Of a stretch of 64,000 nt of DNA, positions 43,401-58,000 are shown piece by piece. The translations under genes and the position numbers were made by a program. Below the pieces are notes generated by a model. It saw only the letters and a list, made by a program, of their open reading frames with translations, did not search any database and had not been told where the DNA came from. The first letter of the stretch is position 1, and every line of letters begins with the position of its first letter. Origin of the DNA: the human T2T-CHM13v2.0 reference genome, Homo sapiens; the NCBI RefSeq assembly GCF_009914755.1, contig NC_060928.1; one strand, given 5' to 3'.

Positions 43401-45126
43401 TATTTATAAGTATCTTATCTAGCTAATACACATAATAATAATAATAATAAAGCTTTTTGAGAAAATTGTCTCTACATAGTAGGCATTCTATCAAGTTTCT
43501 GGAACACCTGATGAGTTGTGATTGAAATGTGTGAAAGACAAATTAAAAAGAGATTCCAGTTGTGTCTCTATTACTACTATGCTTCCTTTCTCTTAGCAAA
43601 TAAATTGCAGAATATGGAATTATTTGAAAATGTCTTTCTCCTGGTCTTCACAGTATTTAAGAATAGAATCTAACTTTATGATGATACTCAAGCCATGACA
43701 GTGGATAGAATTATTCAGTCATTGAAAAGTCTCATGCCTTTGTATTCTTTTAAAAATAGTTAAGTAATGTGCTATTCTGTTCATGAAAAGAAGCCTATTT
43801 TGATCTCTTTTAGTATTTTCTCCATTGAAAAACAATGGATTATCTGAATTTTCCTTCACATGTACCTGAAGATGAAACCACATCATACTTATGTTGTTTC
43901 AGTTATGTCTAAAATAGGTGCAGTCATTGGTCATGGAATGAAAGAAAATTAACTATCTCCTATAATAGTTAGTTCTGGGACTTTGATTATAACCACTCTA
44001 AGCATTTGTCTAACCAGTCAATATAAAGGTAATATATATGGGGGTATATGTGTGTGCCTGTATATTTGTCTGAATCGAACACAGTGAGTGCCCTTATAAT
44101 TATCCAATCCAGAGGACACTGGCAAATGATGAGATAGGCAATGCACTCAGGGAAAGTGATGTAGAACTCTGTTCTACTCGCATATACATTCATCTAGTTA
44201 AGGAAAGAAGGATAATACACATTACTATAGGAACAAACTTCCTAAGTCTGTATATTTCATCCTTCCCAATCCCATAGCATTAATTGTATTTAGTATTAGG
44301 CTAATACCTAGGATGCTCTTCTGCATTTTGAATACGATTTAATGGTTGGCAGGTGTTATGTCTCGGTATATCTTCAATTTATCTATCATTGCCGCTAAAA
44401 ATAAGAGACAAAGAATATTTATGCTGCTATTGAACAGAGGAGCTCCATTTATATGTGGATGACAAGATTGAAAAAAATTACTCTGTTGCATCAATGACAG
44501 CATTTGCCATGCTGTAGAATAAAAGAATGCCTCCTGAAACTTTGTGCTGGAAGATAGTTGAGCTGGATATATTTCATGCAATCACTTGAAAATAATTTCC
44601 AAAACAGCAATCTACTGTTTCTGAAAAGTAATTTTCTCTAATTATTATGACAAGAAACTACAGAAATAATTAAAATATAAAACACACATATTGAGCTTTT
44701 TGGGATTCTGGTATTTAGTGTTCTTGTTTTAAAAATTTAAAAGTGAATTAATTTGCCGCTGTGTTAAGAAACAAACAAACAAACAAAAAACCACTACATG
44801 ATTTCTGCATAAGGCCAAAACTTACTTAAACTTTTATTCTGTTTCTGTGCGTGATACTAACTCAGTGTGTATCACTGGCTTTGTGATTTATCAGTTGGGT
44901 AAAATTCATTCTCTAGCATAATAGGTTCAGGTTCATGCTACGACTATATCTACAAGATTCTGTATTTAAAAATTGGCATTCAAGCATCTACAAGTTCTTG
45001 TAGACAAATAATACACAATCTATATTGTCTTTAATATCTGTAAATCTACAAAACTTTGAAGATAATATATCCTGTACTGACTCAGCATAATTGTCAATTT
45101 TCAAAGTTTCCCATTTTGAAATATTA

Positions 45127-45515
45127 AAAATACTCATAGTGATAAGTATCACTTTTACTACATCACGTAAGTTTGCACAAACAGATGTTTTTCTATATGT
45201 AAAGATAGTGACCAAAAATTTATGTAAAAATTGTAATAACTAGATGTTTATTAGTTTCCAATTGCTGACCTACAAATTATTGCTAGCTTGGTCTAAGACA
45301 ACTCAACAGTATTATCTGATTACCCAAAATACTCATATTGATATATATCACTTTTACTACACCAAGTAAGTTTGCACAGATGTTTTTCTATATGTAAAGA
45401 TATTGACCAAAAATTTATGTAAAAATTGTAATAACTAGATGTTTAGTGGTTTCCAATTATTGCCCTACAAATTATTGCTAACTTGATCTAAGACAACTCA
45501 ACTGTATTATCTGAT
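45127..45515 (+). repeat. ~190-bp tandem duplication
   Basis: Copies at 45127-45320 and 45326-45515; about 14 substitutions and one 4-bp indel by eye. Confidence 0.95.
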
Positions 45516-46078
45516 AGTTTCTCAAGATCAGAAGTCTGGTGCACTGTGTCACAAACAGGGCCACTGCTTTGAGCTTCACAAAGTTAAAATAAAGGTATAC
45601 GCTGAGATGCATTTTTCTTTTTCTAGAGGCTTTAAGATTAGATCTTCTCCTAAGCTCATTCAGGTTGTTAGCCAAATTCAGTCTTTGAGATTGTGGACTG
45701 AAGTCCCTTTGTTTTGCTCTGGAGTCTCTTTTTGTTGCTATCAGCTGGAGAACACCCTTAGCTCCTCTGTGGTTCTTACACGTGGCACATCTCAGAAACA
45801 GCATCTGCACATCAAATCCTCCTCATCCTTCAAATATTTGTGACTTTCCCTTCTGTCACATCTCTCTGATTTCAACAAGAGTAAGCTCTTTGTTTTTAAG
45901 AGCTCTTGTGATTAGATTAATGCCACTCAGATAATACAGGGTAATCACTCTATCTTAAGGTCCCTACCCATAACTTTACCTTCAATGCCTGTCTGCGATG
46001 TAATATAATGTATTAACAGATGCCAAGAATTGTGATAAGGACATCTTTGGGAGTCAGGGACAGGTTCTGCCTACCACA
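45440..46078 (-). mobile_element. MLT1 (MLT1D/E-like) solo LTR
   Basis: Reverse MLT1 termini (..tttccaattattgccctacaaatta.. / ..ttctgcctaccaca); GATGT on both sides. Confidence 0.8.
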
Positions 46079-46531
46079 GATGTGTTCTGAGTTATTTTCA
46101 TATCTTATTTTTCTTAATATTGAGTTATTTCAATTCCATTTTACTTTCAAATTCCAGTTAAACACTGATGTTCCTTGAAAAAATTGTGGGCAAATATGTT
46201 AAACAATTTCCTATATGATCAAATATGTTCTGTACAACCACTGTTTTTTTTCAAAGTTAAAAAACTATCATACTTTCCCTATTTATTATATAATTATTAA
46301 AATATGGATGAATTTATATTACCTTTTAAATTAAAATCAATAGAAATTTAATAAGGACGGTTTTGAGATGTGCCTAACGAAATTTTTAAAAATCAAATTC
46401 AACTTCTTGAGATAAAAAGATTAATCATGTATTCAGTTAAGTACAAGATGAGACTGGGGAAGAGAATGTAGGTAATTACGAAGGGACTCTTAAGACCTTT
46501 AAAATATTTTGAACATTATCTAAATTGCAAT

Positions 46532-46986
46532 TGTTGTGGATGATATAGTTGGCCAATAAGATCCTTAAGGTCTGAAACAACAATTTCTCAGCCCCCTGGA
46601 AATGCTGTTACTGATTTTTCAGTTAACTACCCCTGTAAGAATTATCTGTTGCCAAAGACAGATAGGTCATCCCAGAATACATGCTCTTTTGAGGCAACCT
46701 GCATTTAATGACCAGTGAATACAGCATGGAAAAATAAAGTCCTATGTCCTGTGCCTCAAAACTGGACAATTCTGTAGGACCATCCCATTTCAGCAGCTCA
46801 CCATTGTTTCACCTAACATCTTTGACTCACACTTCAATACCTTCCAATGTCAATAGCTACTTTCTTTATACCGAGGGCATTCCTGATATAATTTTTGCAT
46901 GAGTTCTTTCTTTATACCAAGGGCATTCCTGATACAATTTTCACATGAGTTTGCAAGAAAACTTTCCAAGAAACAACAACTAAGAA
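46532..46986 (+). mobile_element. LTR16-like ERVL LTR relic containing a 46-bp tandem duplication
   Basis: ggacaattctgtaggaccatccca and gggcattcctgata motifs; duplication at 46860-46905 and 46906-46951 with 4 mismatches. Confidence 0.6.
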
Positions 46987-47522
46987 ATAAATAGTAATTC
47001 TTCAAGATATTCTAAAATGTGTTCTGATTAGATTTATTTGCTGAGAAAATTATTCCAAGAAAGCAAGATTATAAAATCAGATGCAGTTAGAAAACCACTG
47101 AAGCATTTCAGATAAGAGAAATGTTTGTCATAGAGAGGAGAATGGTATGGTAATAGATTAAAAGAGACTCATCTTAGAGATATGTAGCATGCAAATGCTG
47201 CAGAGTTTGGTAACTGCATTGATATAGAGAAACAAGACAAGAATGACATCCAGATTCCTTCCTCAGACAATTGGGAGAATGATAGAACAATGAGGCAACC
47301 TTGTATCAGCATATGATGAATTCAAGCTTGGCTTTGTTGTGTTTGGGGCATCAGGACAAGTATTTTCACAATAACATTAGAGGCAATACATGTCACTGAA
47401 CTAAAAATATTGATGAAAGAATTATCACCATAAAATATGGAACCTTTAAGATCTATTGACCTGGAGGTGCTCAGAGGGAGGCTTTGGAGACGATTCCTAC
47501 CATTTACAGTATACAATTATGA

Positions 47523-47829
47523 CTGTAGTCCTCTCTTACCTATGATTTCACTTTCCATGGTTTTGGTTACCCATGGTAAACCCTTGTCCAAAAATATTAC
47601 ATACAGTAAGATATTCTGAGAGAGAGTGAGATTACATTCACATAACTTTTTTATAGTATATTGTTACAATTCTATCTTATTTTAGTTATTGTTAATCTCT
47701 CACCATACCTAATTAAAAATTAAACTTTGTCATAGGTATGTTCATATAGGGAAAAACAGTACACATAGGGTTTCTGGCATCTACTGGGGGTCTTGGAACA
47801 TATGCCCCATAGGTAAGAAAGGACTACTT
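47523..47829. mobile_element. MER44A-like Tigger DNA transposon relic
   Basis: Terminal inverted repeats gtagtcctctcttacctatg / cataggtaagaaaggactac. Confidence 0.82.
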
Positions 47830-48903
47830 TTCTACATGCACAGCAATGTTGTGGCACTTTATGCACATTAATTAACTTAGTCTTAAAAAATGAGATAGGT
47901 TAAATTATTAAACAATATTTTATAAATGACAAAACTGAGTCAAAGACAAGTTGAGAGAGTTTCTTTGAGTTAGACAGTGAGTTATGGTAGCACCTGGATA
48001 AACACCCTTCCCATTAAGTTATATAGAATCTTTCTGCAGAGTATGTTGGAGTGTGTCCATTTCTGCCACCAATATACCATTGTTGGGCATATAGTGCCTC
48101 AAGCACTCTAATAAGGATCAAGAGGGATTGGAGGAAAAATGAGATGCATGTTAAATGAAAATTCATGGGATGAGTGTAAAAGAAAAGTATCCAACAATGA
48201 AGGGCAAATATTATAAGTAGAAAAAGGCTAAAAATGCCTGTCAGATATAGCAATAAGCAAGTCACTGTTGACAATAAAAATGCCTCAGAATAGTCTAAGT
48301 AAAGCTAAATTCAAGTTAGCCCTGAGTTAGATAGTCAGTAGAAAACAAGATAGTGGCTATAAAATTAGGAAATAAATTATGCTTTTTGCAACATAGAAGA
48401 GAAAAAAGAAATCAAGTAATATAGCTTTCACAGAATGAATTGTTAAGAAATTAAAATATTGTGGACAGAATAATAATAATAGAGATAGATAGATAAAATC
48501 GGTGTATGACTGCAAAGTAAAAGATAAAGAGAGTCTGACAGGCAATACAGAGATAGGTTCATGAAAGTTCTCATACATACATACACATATAGATTAGATA
48601 AATAGACAGATAGATAGATACATAGATAGATAGATAGATGAAAACCATAGTAGACCTATTAACATGTTTAGTTATTAATGGGAAGAAAAATGGAAGAAGT
48701 TAATGAATGAGTACAGTAATGAGTAAAGTATATAAACAACCAGAAAGGGGTGTGAGCTACAGGAATATCTTTTATTACAATAAGAGGTACTCTAAAAAAT
48801 TGGGTCTGGATACAGGTTGGTCATTTTTTCAAAGACATAATGTTGATTAATTTGAATGATAAATCAAGGCCATCTACTACGACTATTTGAAGAACACATG
48901 AGA

Positions 48904-48906
<3 letters not shown>

Positions 48907-48941
<35 letters not shown>

Positions 48942-49071
48942 TTGTAGAGATGCAGAGATGGGGTCTCATTGTGTTGCCCAGCCTGGTTTCAAACTCCTGG
49001 GCTCAAGCAATCCTTCTGCCTCAACCTCTCAAACTCCTGGCATTATAAGCATGAGCCATGGTTCCTAGCCC
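48907..49071 (-). mobile_element. FLAM/AluJ monomer preceded by (CA)n(TA)n
   Basis: agagatggggtctcattgtgttgcccag...ctcctgggctcaagcaatcc. Confidence 0.85.
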
Positions 49072-49219
49072 AGGAGATCATTTTAAATAGTCATTGTGAA
49101 GTATGGGAGATAGAGTTGACCTGGAAAATGTAGAATCATTGCTGGACAGAATTGAGATTCAAGTTGTGGCTGAAATTATGATGATTTTTTTTGCAGTATT
49201 TGTAATACTGTGCATGAAG

Positions 49220-49443
49220 AGTTTAGCAAATATTTTCTGTAAATTTTAGACAGTAAATATTTTAGGCTTGGTGGGTCATAGGTCTCTGCAGCAAGTACTC
49301 AACTGTTATTTTAACATGATTGTAGCCATAGACAATACATAAATGAATGAAAAAACGAACATGGCTATGTTTCAAAAATGTTTATTTAGAAATATAAATG
49401 ATTGATTGGATTTGGCCCATAAGCCAAAGTTTACAGATACTGG
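49220..49443. mobile_element. MER58-like relic
   Basis: agtaaatatttttaggcttg...gccatagacaatacataaatgaatg...gatttggcccataagcc. Confidence 0.8.
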
Positions 49444-49964
49444 CTTGCAGGAATGTATATTAATTTGCTTGCAATAAAGAAGACAGATATGAGTATTGTC
49501 CCTGGGTTGAATTTCCCAGTCAGTGGACAGGTTGGGTAAGAAGACATGCTGGTTGAAAATACAGGAAAAATAGTGTTTGAAGTCCTAAACCATTTTGGAT
49601 AAACTATCCTGGGAATGATAGGTAGTTAAATCAGGAAGCTAATGAACAGAGAGAAATCAGAGAAATCAAAAGGCAAAGAGCACGAATAATATTTGTGGTA
49701 TGGTTACTGAGTAGAAGAAAAGGAAGAAAAAATAACTGGCTGAAATGTAATATACTGAGACCAGGTTATAGCAATTTTCAACAAATGTAAAGGATAAAAT
49801 ATTTTGGGGGCAATGTAGAAAAAAAGAAACCAAGTGATATAGTTTTTAGAGAAAAGATTGTGAGAAAATTTAAATATTGTTGGCAGAAAATAATAACAGG
49901 ATACATAGATGATTGAGTGATAGATGGCCAATGTATGATTGCAAAGTAAAAATAATTAGACAGG

Positions 49965-51655
49965 GATTTCTAAAAAAAAATCAAACATAGAATTACCATA
50001 AGATCCAGCAACTCCACTTATAGGCATACATTGCCCTCCAAAAAAACATGAAAGCAAGAACTGTACAGAGTCCCTGTACAGATAAGTGTACACTCATGTT
50101 CATAGCATTATTCACAAATGCCAAAACAGGAAAATAACCCGTGTCCATTAATGGATTAATAAACAAAAAGTTTGACTTTACCTTTACCATAAACAAAAAT
50201 TAACTTAAAATGAATTAAAGATGTAAACATGAGAGCGAAAACTGTGAAACTCTTAGAAGAAAAAAAAGGAGAAAACCTGCGTGACATTGGACTTGGCAAT
50301 TATTTCTTGCGTATGACACCAAAAACAGACCAAAAAAAAACCCAGATAAAATGAAACTCATCAAAATTGAAAGCTGTTCATCAAAGGACACAATCAATAG
50401 AGTGAAAACATAATGTACAGAATGTGAGAAAATATTTGCAAATCATTTCTCTCATGAGGGGTTAATATCCAAAATATGTATGGATGCCTTACAACTCAAA
50501 AACAAAAACGAAATTAAATCACTTGATTTAAAAAGTGAGCAAAAGGCTTGAATAGACATTTTCCTAGAAAGACACATAAATGGCCAGCAAGCTTACAAAA
50601 AGGTATTCAACAAATTATTCATTAAAGAAACGTAAATCATGACCGGGTGCGGTTGCTCACTCCTGTAACCTCAGCACTTTGGGAGGCCGAGGCGGGCAGA
50701 TCACGAGGTCAGAAGATCGAGACCATCCTGGCTAACACAGTGAAACCCCGTCTCTACGAAAAATACAAAAAAATTAGCCAGGCTTGGTGGCGGCTGCCTG
50801 TAGTCCCAGCTACTCAGGAGGCTGAGGCAGGAGAATGGCGTGAACCCGGGAGGCGGAGCTTGCAGTGAGCCATGATGGCGCCACTTCACTCCAGCCTGGG
50901 CAACACAGCGAGACTCCATCTCAAAACAAAACAAAACAAAATGCAAATCCAAAATACAATGAGCTATAACATCACACCAATTAGAATTCTATGAGGATGA
51001 CCACTATTTTTCAAGGGGAGTGAAATAATAAGTGTTGTCTAGGACGTGAAGAAATTGGAATCCTTGGAGTCATTGTACACGCCTATTAGAATGTAAAATG
51101 ATGAAGCTGCTATGGAAAAGACTATGGTGGTTTCTCTAAAAATTAAAAATAGAACTACCATTTGATCCAGCAATTTCACTTCCGGTCATACAGTATTTCC
51201 AAAAAGATTGAAAGTAGGTTTCAAAGAGGTAGTTGTACACCCACAGTTATAGTAGCATTATTCACAACAGCCAGAGGATGAAAGCAATCAATGGAAGTGG
51301 GTCAATGGATAAACAAAATGTGGTATATGCATACAATGGTATATTATTCAGCCTTAGATAGAAGAACATTCTGACATACGCTACAGCGTGGAAGAATCTT
51401 GATGACACTACTCCAAGTGAAATATCCATTCACAAAAGAATAAATACTGTATGATTACAATTATATAACCTACCAAGAATAGTTCACATTCATAAAGACA
51501 AAGTACAATGGTTGCAGCTAGGATAGGTGGGGGGAAGAAAATGATAAATTAATATTTAATAGGTATAGAGTTTCAGTTGAGTAAGATGAAAAAGTTCTGA
51601 AGATGAGGCGTGATGATAGCCACACAACAATGTAAAGGTACTTATACCACAGAAT
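49965..51655 (+). mobile_element. L1MB-type fragments, interrupted by AluY
   Basis: ORF2 3' region and 3'UTR (gtatagagtttcagtt...gatgaaaaagttct); 49965-50168 is a separate ORF2-end piece. Confidence 0.82.
50641..50940 (+). mobile_element. AluY inserted in L1
   Basis: AluY diagnostics, (CAAAA)n tail, degenerate TSD AAACGTAAATC / AAATGCAAATC. Confidence 0.95.
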
Positions 51656-54084
51656 ATTTTGATTATTGAGTAATAGACTCTGGAGTCAGGATATCATGGT
51701 TTGAATCAAAATTTCATTGCTTACAAATTGGTGAGCCTAGACAAATTAAATAGTCTCATTAAGACAGGAACAATTTTAGATGTTAATTATAATGATGGTT
51801 ATATGAACCTGTAGTTGTGATGAAATGTCATCACAAGTATATTAAAAAAATTAAAAATATGAGTAATTGCAAAAAAACTCAGTTACTGCATTTTAAAGTA
51901 AGAACAATATTAAAACTTAAATCATGACAGTATTGTTAGATATAATGAGATAATATCTATGAAGTATATAGCCTAAGTTGTGGCACACAGAAAATCATCA
52001 TCAAAATTTAATGATTAGTGTAATACTACTAATATTTCAAGTTTTAAGGTCAGTGATGAGTAAGATTATAATAAATACTAACATAATTAGAGAATGCAAG
52101 AGGGGAAAAATGAATGTTATAAAAGATGGTCACAATAATGTGTATATTCACTTTAAGCAGCCGAGAAGGGTGTAGAAATGTTTAACAGGAAATTGAGAAT
52201 TGACGACCACCTTGTGAGGGAAAGTTCCTGACAAGAGACATTAATTTGGCAATTGGTGCAGTAAAATGTTTTCATTTCCTACAAAGCTAGGCTATGCAGC
52301 TGGAAGAAATAGATTATGACTTTAACTCAACTCTGCTACCATTGTGACCTTGGGCATGTTACTTAAAGTCTCAGTGAGAAAGACAACACTTACTTCATAG
52401 CATTGTTCTGAAGTTTGTTTATATAATTAACTATAATAATGTTAATCATTAAATAATTGATAGAATTTGTATAAACTCAACATATAGAAGATACCCAGGC
52501 ATTGTAGCTGTAACAAAAATAGTCATTATCATTAAAGTCAGGTGACATAGATATTACACCTAATCACCCAATAATAAAAGCAACCACAGCAACAAACAAA
52601 TGAGTAACACCACCAATAAGATCTATTGTTTTTAAAGCAAGGAGCACTCACAAAGTAACTATGCGTCAGCCTCGCCTTAAATGTTTCACATGAATTTCCT
52701 CCTTTAATCTTCCCAAAACTTCTGAGAGATCGCTCTGCTCCCAACCCCCTACCATTATTATAGACAGTGACTATATAAATAGTGAACATAAATAAATACA
52801 AATATAAACAAACTGACTAAATAAAGAGAGGAGAAATGTGGCATTACATTGGAGAACACCTTTTTGTTGATTGAAAGGAAAAGTGAGAGGAGCAAAAAAC
52901 AAAACAAAACAAAACAAAAAAATCAAGGAAGAAACAACCAGAGTGCCAAAGGAGGAATGGAGAAGTACAATTTTATGGAAGCCGAAGCAAGAGAGAGTTA
53001 AAAATATACAAATCATATGACTTTTCTTTGCTGGATAATCAAATTATAAGATTATTTTATAGTGATATTTTAAAATGTTTTCCTTTCATGTAGATGCCGA
53101 GCATTTGAATTATTGAGTGACTTGTACCTTGTGACAGCACTTTAATGGACCTTCTACACACATCAAAATTGAATCTAAATTTCCCTCACTAACCTTTCAC
53201 TGAAAAAAGCTAGAGTTAATCTTAAAATGACTCTATTGAGTAGGGAGTGAGTGGATTTTGCACAGCGTACAGTATGTCTGAAAGCATAGAAATGAAATCA
53301 CAAGTGAATAGTTTACCCAAAAGCCTACTTGTTGATTATATCAAGCGGGCTTGAAAAAAATTAAAAATATGTAATTAATCTTGGCTAAATCGATCAAACC
53401 ATCAAAAACACAATACTGTACTGAGATGCCATTCTATGTGAAATCAGAAAATTTTATGCGCAATAATTCATCTAAATATTTAATATTACATTCAGTGTGC
53501 CTTAGCATCAAATATTTATCTTAGGAATTAAATATAAACTAGAATTTATCTCAAATAAGCAGCCATTTCCAATCGGATCTCAGGTCTGCATGACTGAATA
53601 CATATAGAATGTTCCGAGGATCGCTATTCCCAAAATGACTTTTACTACTACTCAAAAAATATTTCTAACCAATGGGTTAAGTGTTGAAGTAATACTTGAC
53701 AATAATGGCTGGGAAATATGTGAATATAATATAAATATTAATGAGAGATATTTTTCTCCCAGAATCCTAGAACCTCTGTTTTTATATTAAAGTACATAAA
53801 ATGGCAATGCAGCTGAAAATTTAATAGAGGTTATAGACATTGGTCCCCGAATTGCATTTTAGGCAACATTAGTTCTATAAAATATTAACAGATGTTTCAT
53901 TTAAAAAATAGTTTCTGGGACAAATGTATTTAGAAATACTGAAGCAAACATTCTTAGAGATATTTAGGCCTTTTAAGAAAGCACTGTGAATTTTCAAGAG
54001 AGAATCACATAGTTGAAGCCTTTCTCATTTTATGCGTAGGATCACAGTCCCTGTGCAAGTACAGTCCCCTGTGCATGTACTGCA

Positions 54085-54350
54085 GAGAAGTGGCTCAGAA
54101 ATGAACTCTGGAGCCACACTGACTGGGGAGAAATCCCATCTCTGCCATTGTTCAGTTGTGTGACTTTGTACAAATTGCTCAACCTCTCTGTGTCTCAATA
54201 GCCCATCTGTAGTTAAGAAAAACACACACACACACACACACACAAATGAAACAAACAAAACTACCACATGTGGTTCTAATTAAGACTAAAAAAATAGTAT
54301 TTTGAGGCTTTAAAGTAGTATTTGGCACATAGGAAGTCCCCATCAATTGT
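54085..54350 (+). mobile_element. MIR with internal (CA)n
   Basis: ctctggagccacactgactgg...aacctctctgtgtctca...tggcacatagga. Confidence 0.78.
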
Positions 54351-54669
54351 TGGCTGTTGTCACTGACTCCTCAGATAATCTCTGTTGAGCAGGCTTCCAA
54401 AGGTGAATGCCAGTTTAGGACATTTCATTACCATCCTAGTCTACATTTTCAACAATATTAGCTCAGTGTTTGTTATTCCTTATGCTGCCCATTCTGAGAC
54501 CTTGATTAGGTATTTATTGACTGACAGTGGAGGTAAATCTTTAAGGTATAAGGGAACAATTTTATCCAAACAAGATCCTAAATCCCAGCAAAAAAAAAAA
54601 AAAAAAAAAAAAGATTACGTTTTAGAAGAATAAGAGCCAGTAAGAAATCTCTTCTCAGGTCACTGATAA

Positions 54670-55032
<363 letters not shown>

Positions 55033-58000
55033 TGAAAGATTCTTTAGAATCACACAGGCCAACTCTATTGCCACATTTAATCAACATACTAACCTGGTAA
55101 TAATTTAAAAAAGTAACAATAAAAAAAATTTGGGGGGCGGGGAGCATGTTGTAGTGGAAAGATAATGTAGAATTCTGAATCAGCCACTTAATTATGAAAC
55201 GATCATGGAAAAGCTGTTTAATTTCTTTGAATTCTAACTTGCAGTTTCAGGCTGTTGTGAGAATGCTACTTGACATTTCTCGTTTACACACAGTCAGCAT
55301 TCTGTGGGCTGTGTACTGGTGTGTTGTATCGCCACAGGCTTACTTTTCAAAAACAGAGCATCTCTAGAAATTGACTTCTTTGCCTTAGTTATTTTATCTA
55401 AATGACGTCCTTGAAAATTACTGCTAGCAGAGTACAGAGAAGATAGCATATTCTTAATTGTTTATTTCATTATTCTATATGATAAACTGGGAATTAAAGA
55501 ACATGTTCTTGGCAAAATTCTCTAACTCCAACAAAAACTGGAAATGAAAAGAAAGATGAAGTACAAAGTATATTTTATAATAGTTCTGTGTCTCTTTTTA
55601 AAATTTTATTTAAATAGAAAAGGGAAATTTTATTTTATAAACATAATCAATAAGGAAATGTGTTTCTGTGTAATGAAGAGTTAATATAGGAATTCAAAGA
55701 TGAAAAAAATCAGTAAGTGAATCAGTAAGGAAAAAGAAGAGAGGAAAAGAGAAAATGCAAATGCCATTAAAAAATGAAAGTAAGTGTGAGAGGGAAAGAG
55801 AGTAAAAAGGGGAAGAGAAAGATGGAAGGCATAAATATGCAGGAAGATGAACAGAAAGAAGGGGAAGAAATTACACAGAGAAGGATAAGAAAATGAAAGT
55901 AGAGAGAAAATTAGCAAGTACATAAAACATCAGGACATTTGCTGCTCTATGAAAGTCTCATTAAACAATTAATCCTGAAGCCTTGGGTCTCAGGTCAAGT
56001 TAGTATAAATAAATTTCTTCAACTAAATTACAGCCAAGATTATTCTCCTACAATTCATGGAACAAATACAGGGAAGGGCTCAAACTGCCCTGAAAAGGAA
56101 TTTCTTGAGCTCAGTTCTTGATACATTATTGTGTTCATTAACATTTCAATGTTTGAACTGATTACATTGGCATTATTTATTTTAAATGTATATAAAGTGC
56201 TAGTTAACCTTAGCTTCAGGTTTTATTTCTACAAAACAACTGGAAACTAAGATAAAACCTCACAATGAACTTTAGGCTGTGATGGACTCCTGTGCAATAG
56301 AAACATTTACATTATATAATAGAATTTTTGGTACATATGGCATTGGTTTTCTAAAGCTAAAATGTTTCAATCTCTGGATTAAAATGTTGAAACATTTCCC
56401 ACCTTAATAGCTTTTGTCTTCTTATACTTAGCATAATATCTCATATCCTGCTGCCAAAAAGATGTGTAGGTTTGAGCCAAATATATACTCTATACTTTAT
56501 CCACTTTATAAGATAGGCCTTTATTAATTCTCCATGATGAGATAGTATGTTCCTAACACTGTAGAATGTCTCAGTGCAAAAAGAAGATATAGTCCTGATT
56601 TTTGTGGGTTTATAATGCATATAACTAGCATCTAAGTGCATAGATGCCAACTATACATCTATAGGATCATACAATTCTGATTGAATTTTATATTTTAAAT
56701 TTAAAGACTGCTGTTGCAGATACTCATTGCCATCATGCAATATGTTAAAATAGCATCTTAAAAATTATTTGTCTGAAGAAGTTTTAGACTGTATCTAATA
56801 GCTTATATTTTAAAAATCTTTATATTAAAATTCAAGGTTAACAAGTCCGTATCATTTCTAAGCTCTTAAATATATTTTTTAAATTTAAATTCAAATGTAT
56901 TACTGTATAGAATTTATTAAATGATCACACATATTATGGTATTATAAACACTGGATACTATAAATAGAATGGTATAAACAGCATATTGTTTACAATATTA
57001 TGTGATAAATGATAATTTCAGCTGATATGTATTTTCAAATATCTGGAAAATAGTGTGTTGCCTCTTTTCATTGATGAGATATATCCACTTGGAGAGAGAG
57101 AGAGACAATATTTAATTAAGAAAATATTTGTATCCTAAAAATGAAAATAGCCATTTCAATTATATATTATTCTATGTATAGCAAAATATTTGTCTAGAAT
57201 CTTCACTCTGCAAATACAGACAGCCTTAATTTTCTTCTCACTTTAAAAATGTCATAATCCTGGTAATTTGAGTTTGCCAAAGATAGATCTATTTATTACC
57301 TATTTCATCCTAATTTAAGTGACCCTTTATTCAGCTACCCACATAAGTTAAGTCAGTAGTTATACAATCAGTACTATTAAAAAATAGTTTCCTGGCCAGG
57401 AGTCATTTTATAGTTTACACATTACTAAAAGGTAGATACAGTATATTCAGCGAATAATTTAGCATAATCCTTAGTAATATATTTTCTATATGTATAATAG
57501 TTTTAAAATATTACTAAATTTCATTATTTATTGACTTTGCTACAATTACCTAATATGCTATTGAAGGATAGTTTGTTAAATGTATTAATTTGAATAAGGA
57601 TAAGTAAGTCAAATGAAAGTCTTCTCTCCCTTTGCCTCACCAAAATTTAAAAATAAAAAAATACAGTGTCTTGAAAGCAGATGCTTTACCTGAAGCAGCA
57701 GCTTGTATGGAACACACAGTTAACTACACAGAACATTAGAAAATTGGCATCAGTCCTGTGGGCTAGAGTAATGTGAATTATTTTCTTATACATGAATCCA
57801 CTGGAGTGCAGAGCTAAATCAGGCAGATGAACTTTCAGGGTGGGCTCTGACTCTGGACCCTGGCAAATAAACTGAGGTAATACCATACCACGTGGCTGTC
57901 ACTCACTTCTACACAGGTGCACATATTAGTTAATGTGCAGGTGAAGATGGGTACTTATTTGAAATGTTTCATATTTGGGTTTTATAGAATGTGTAATTTT

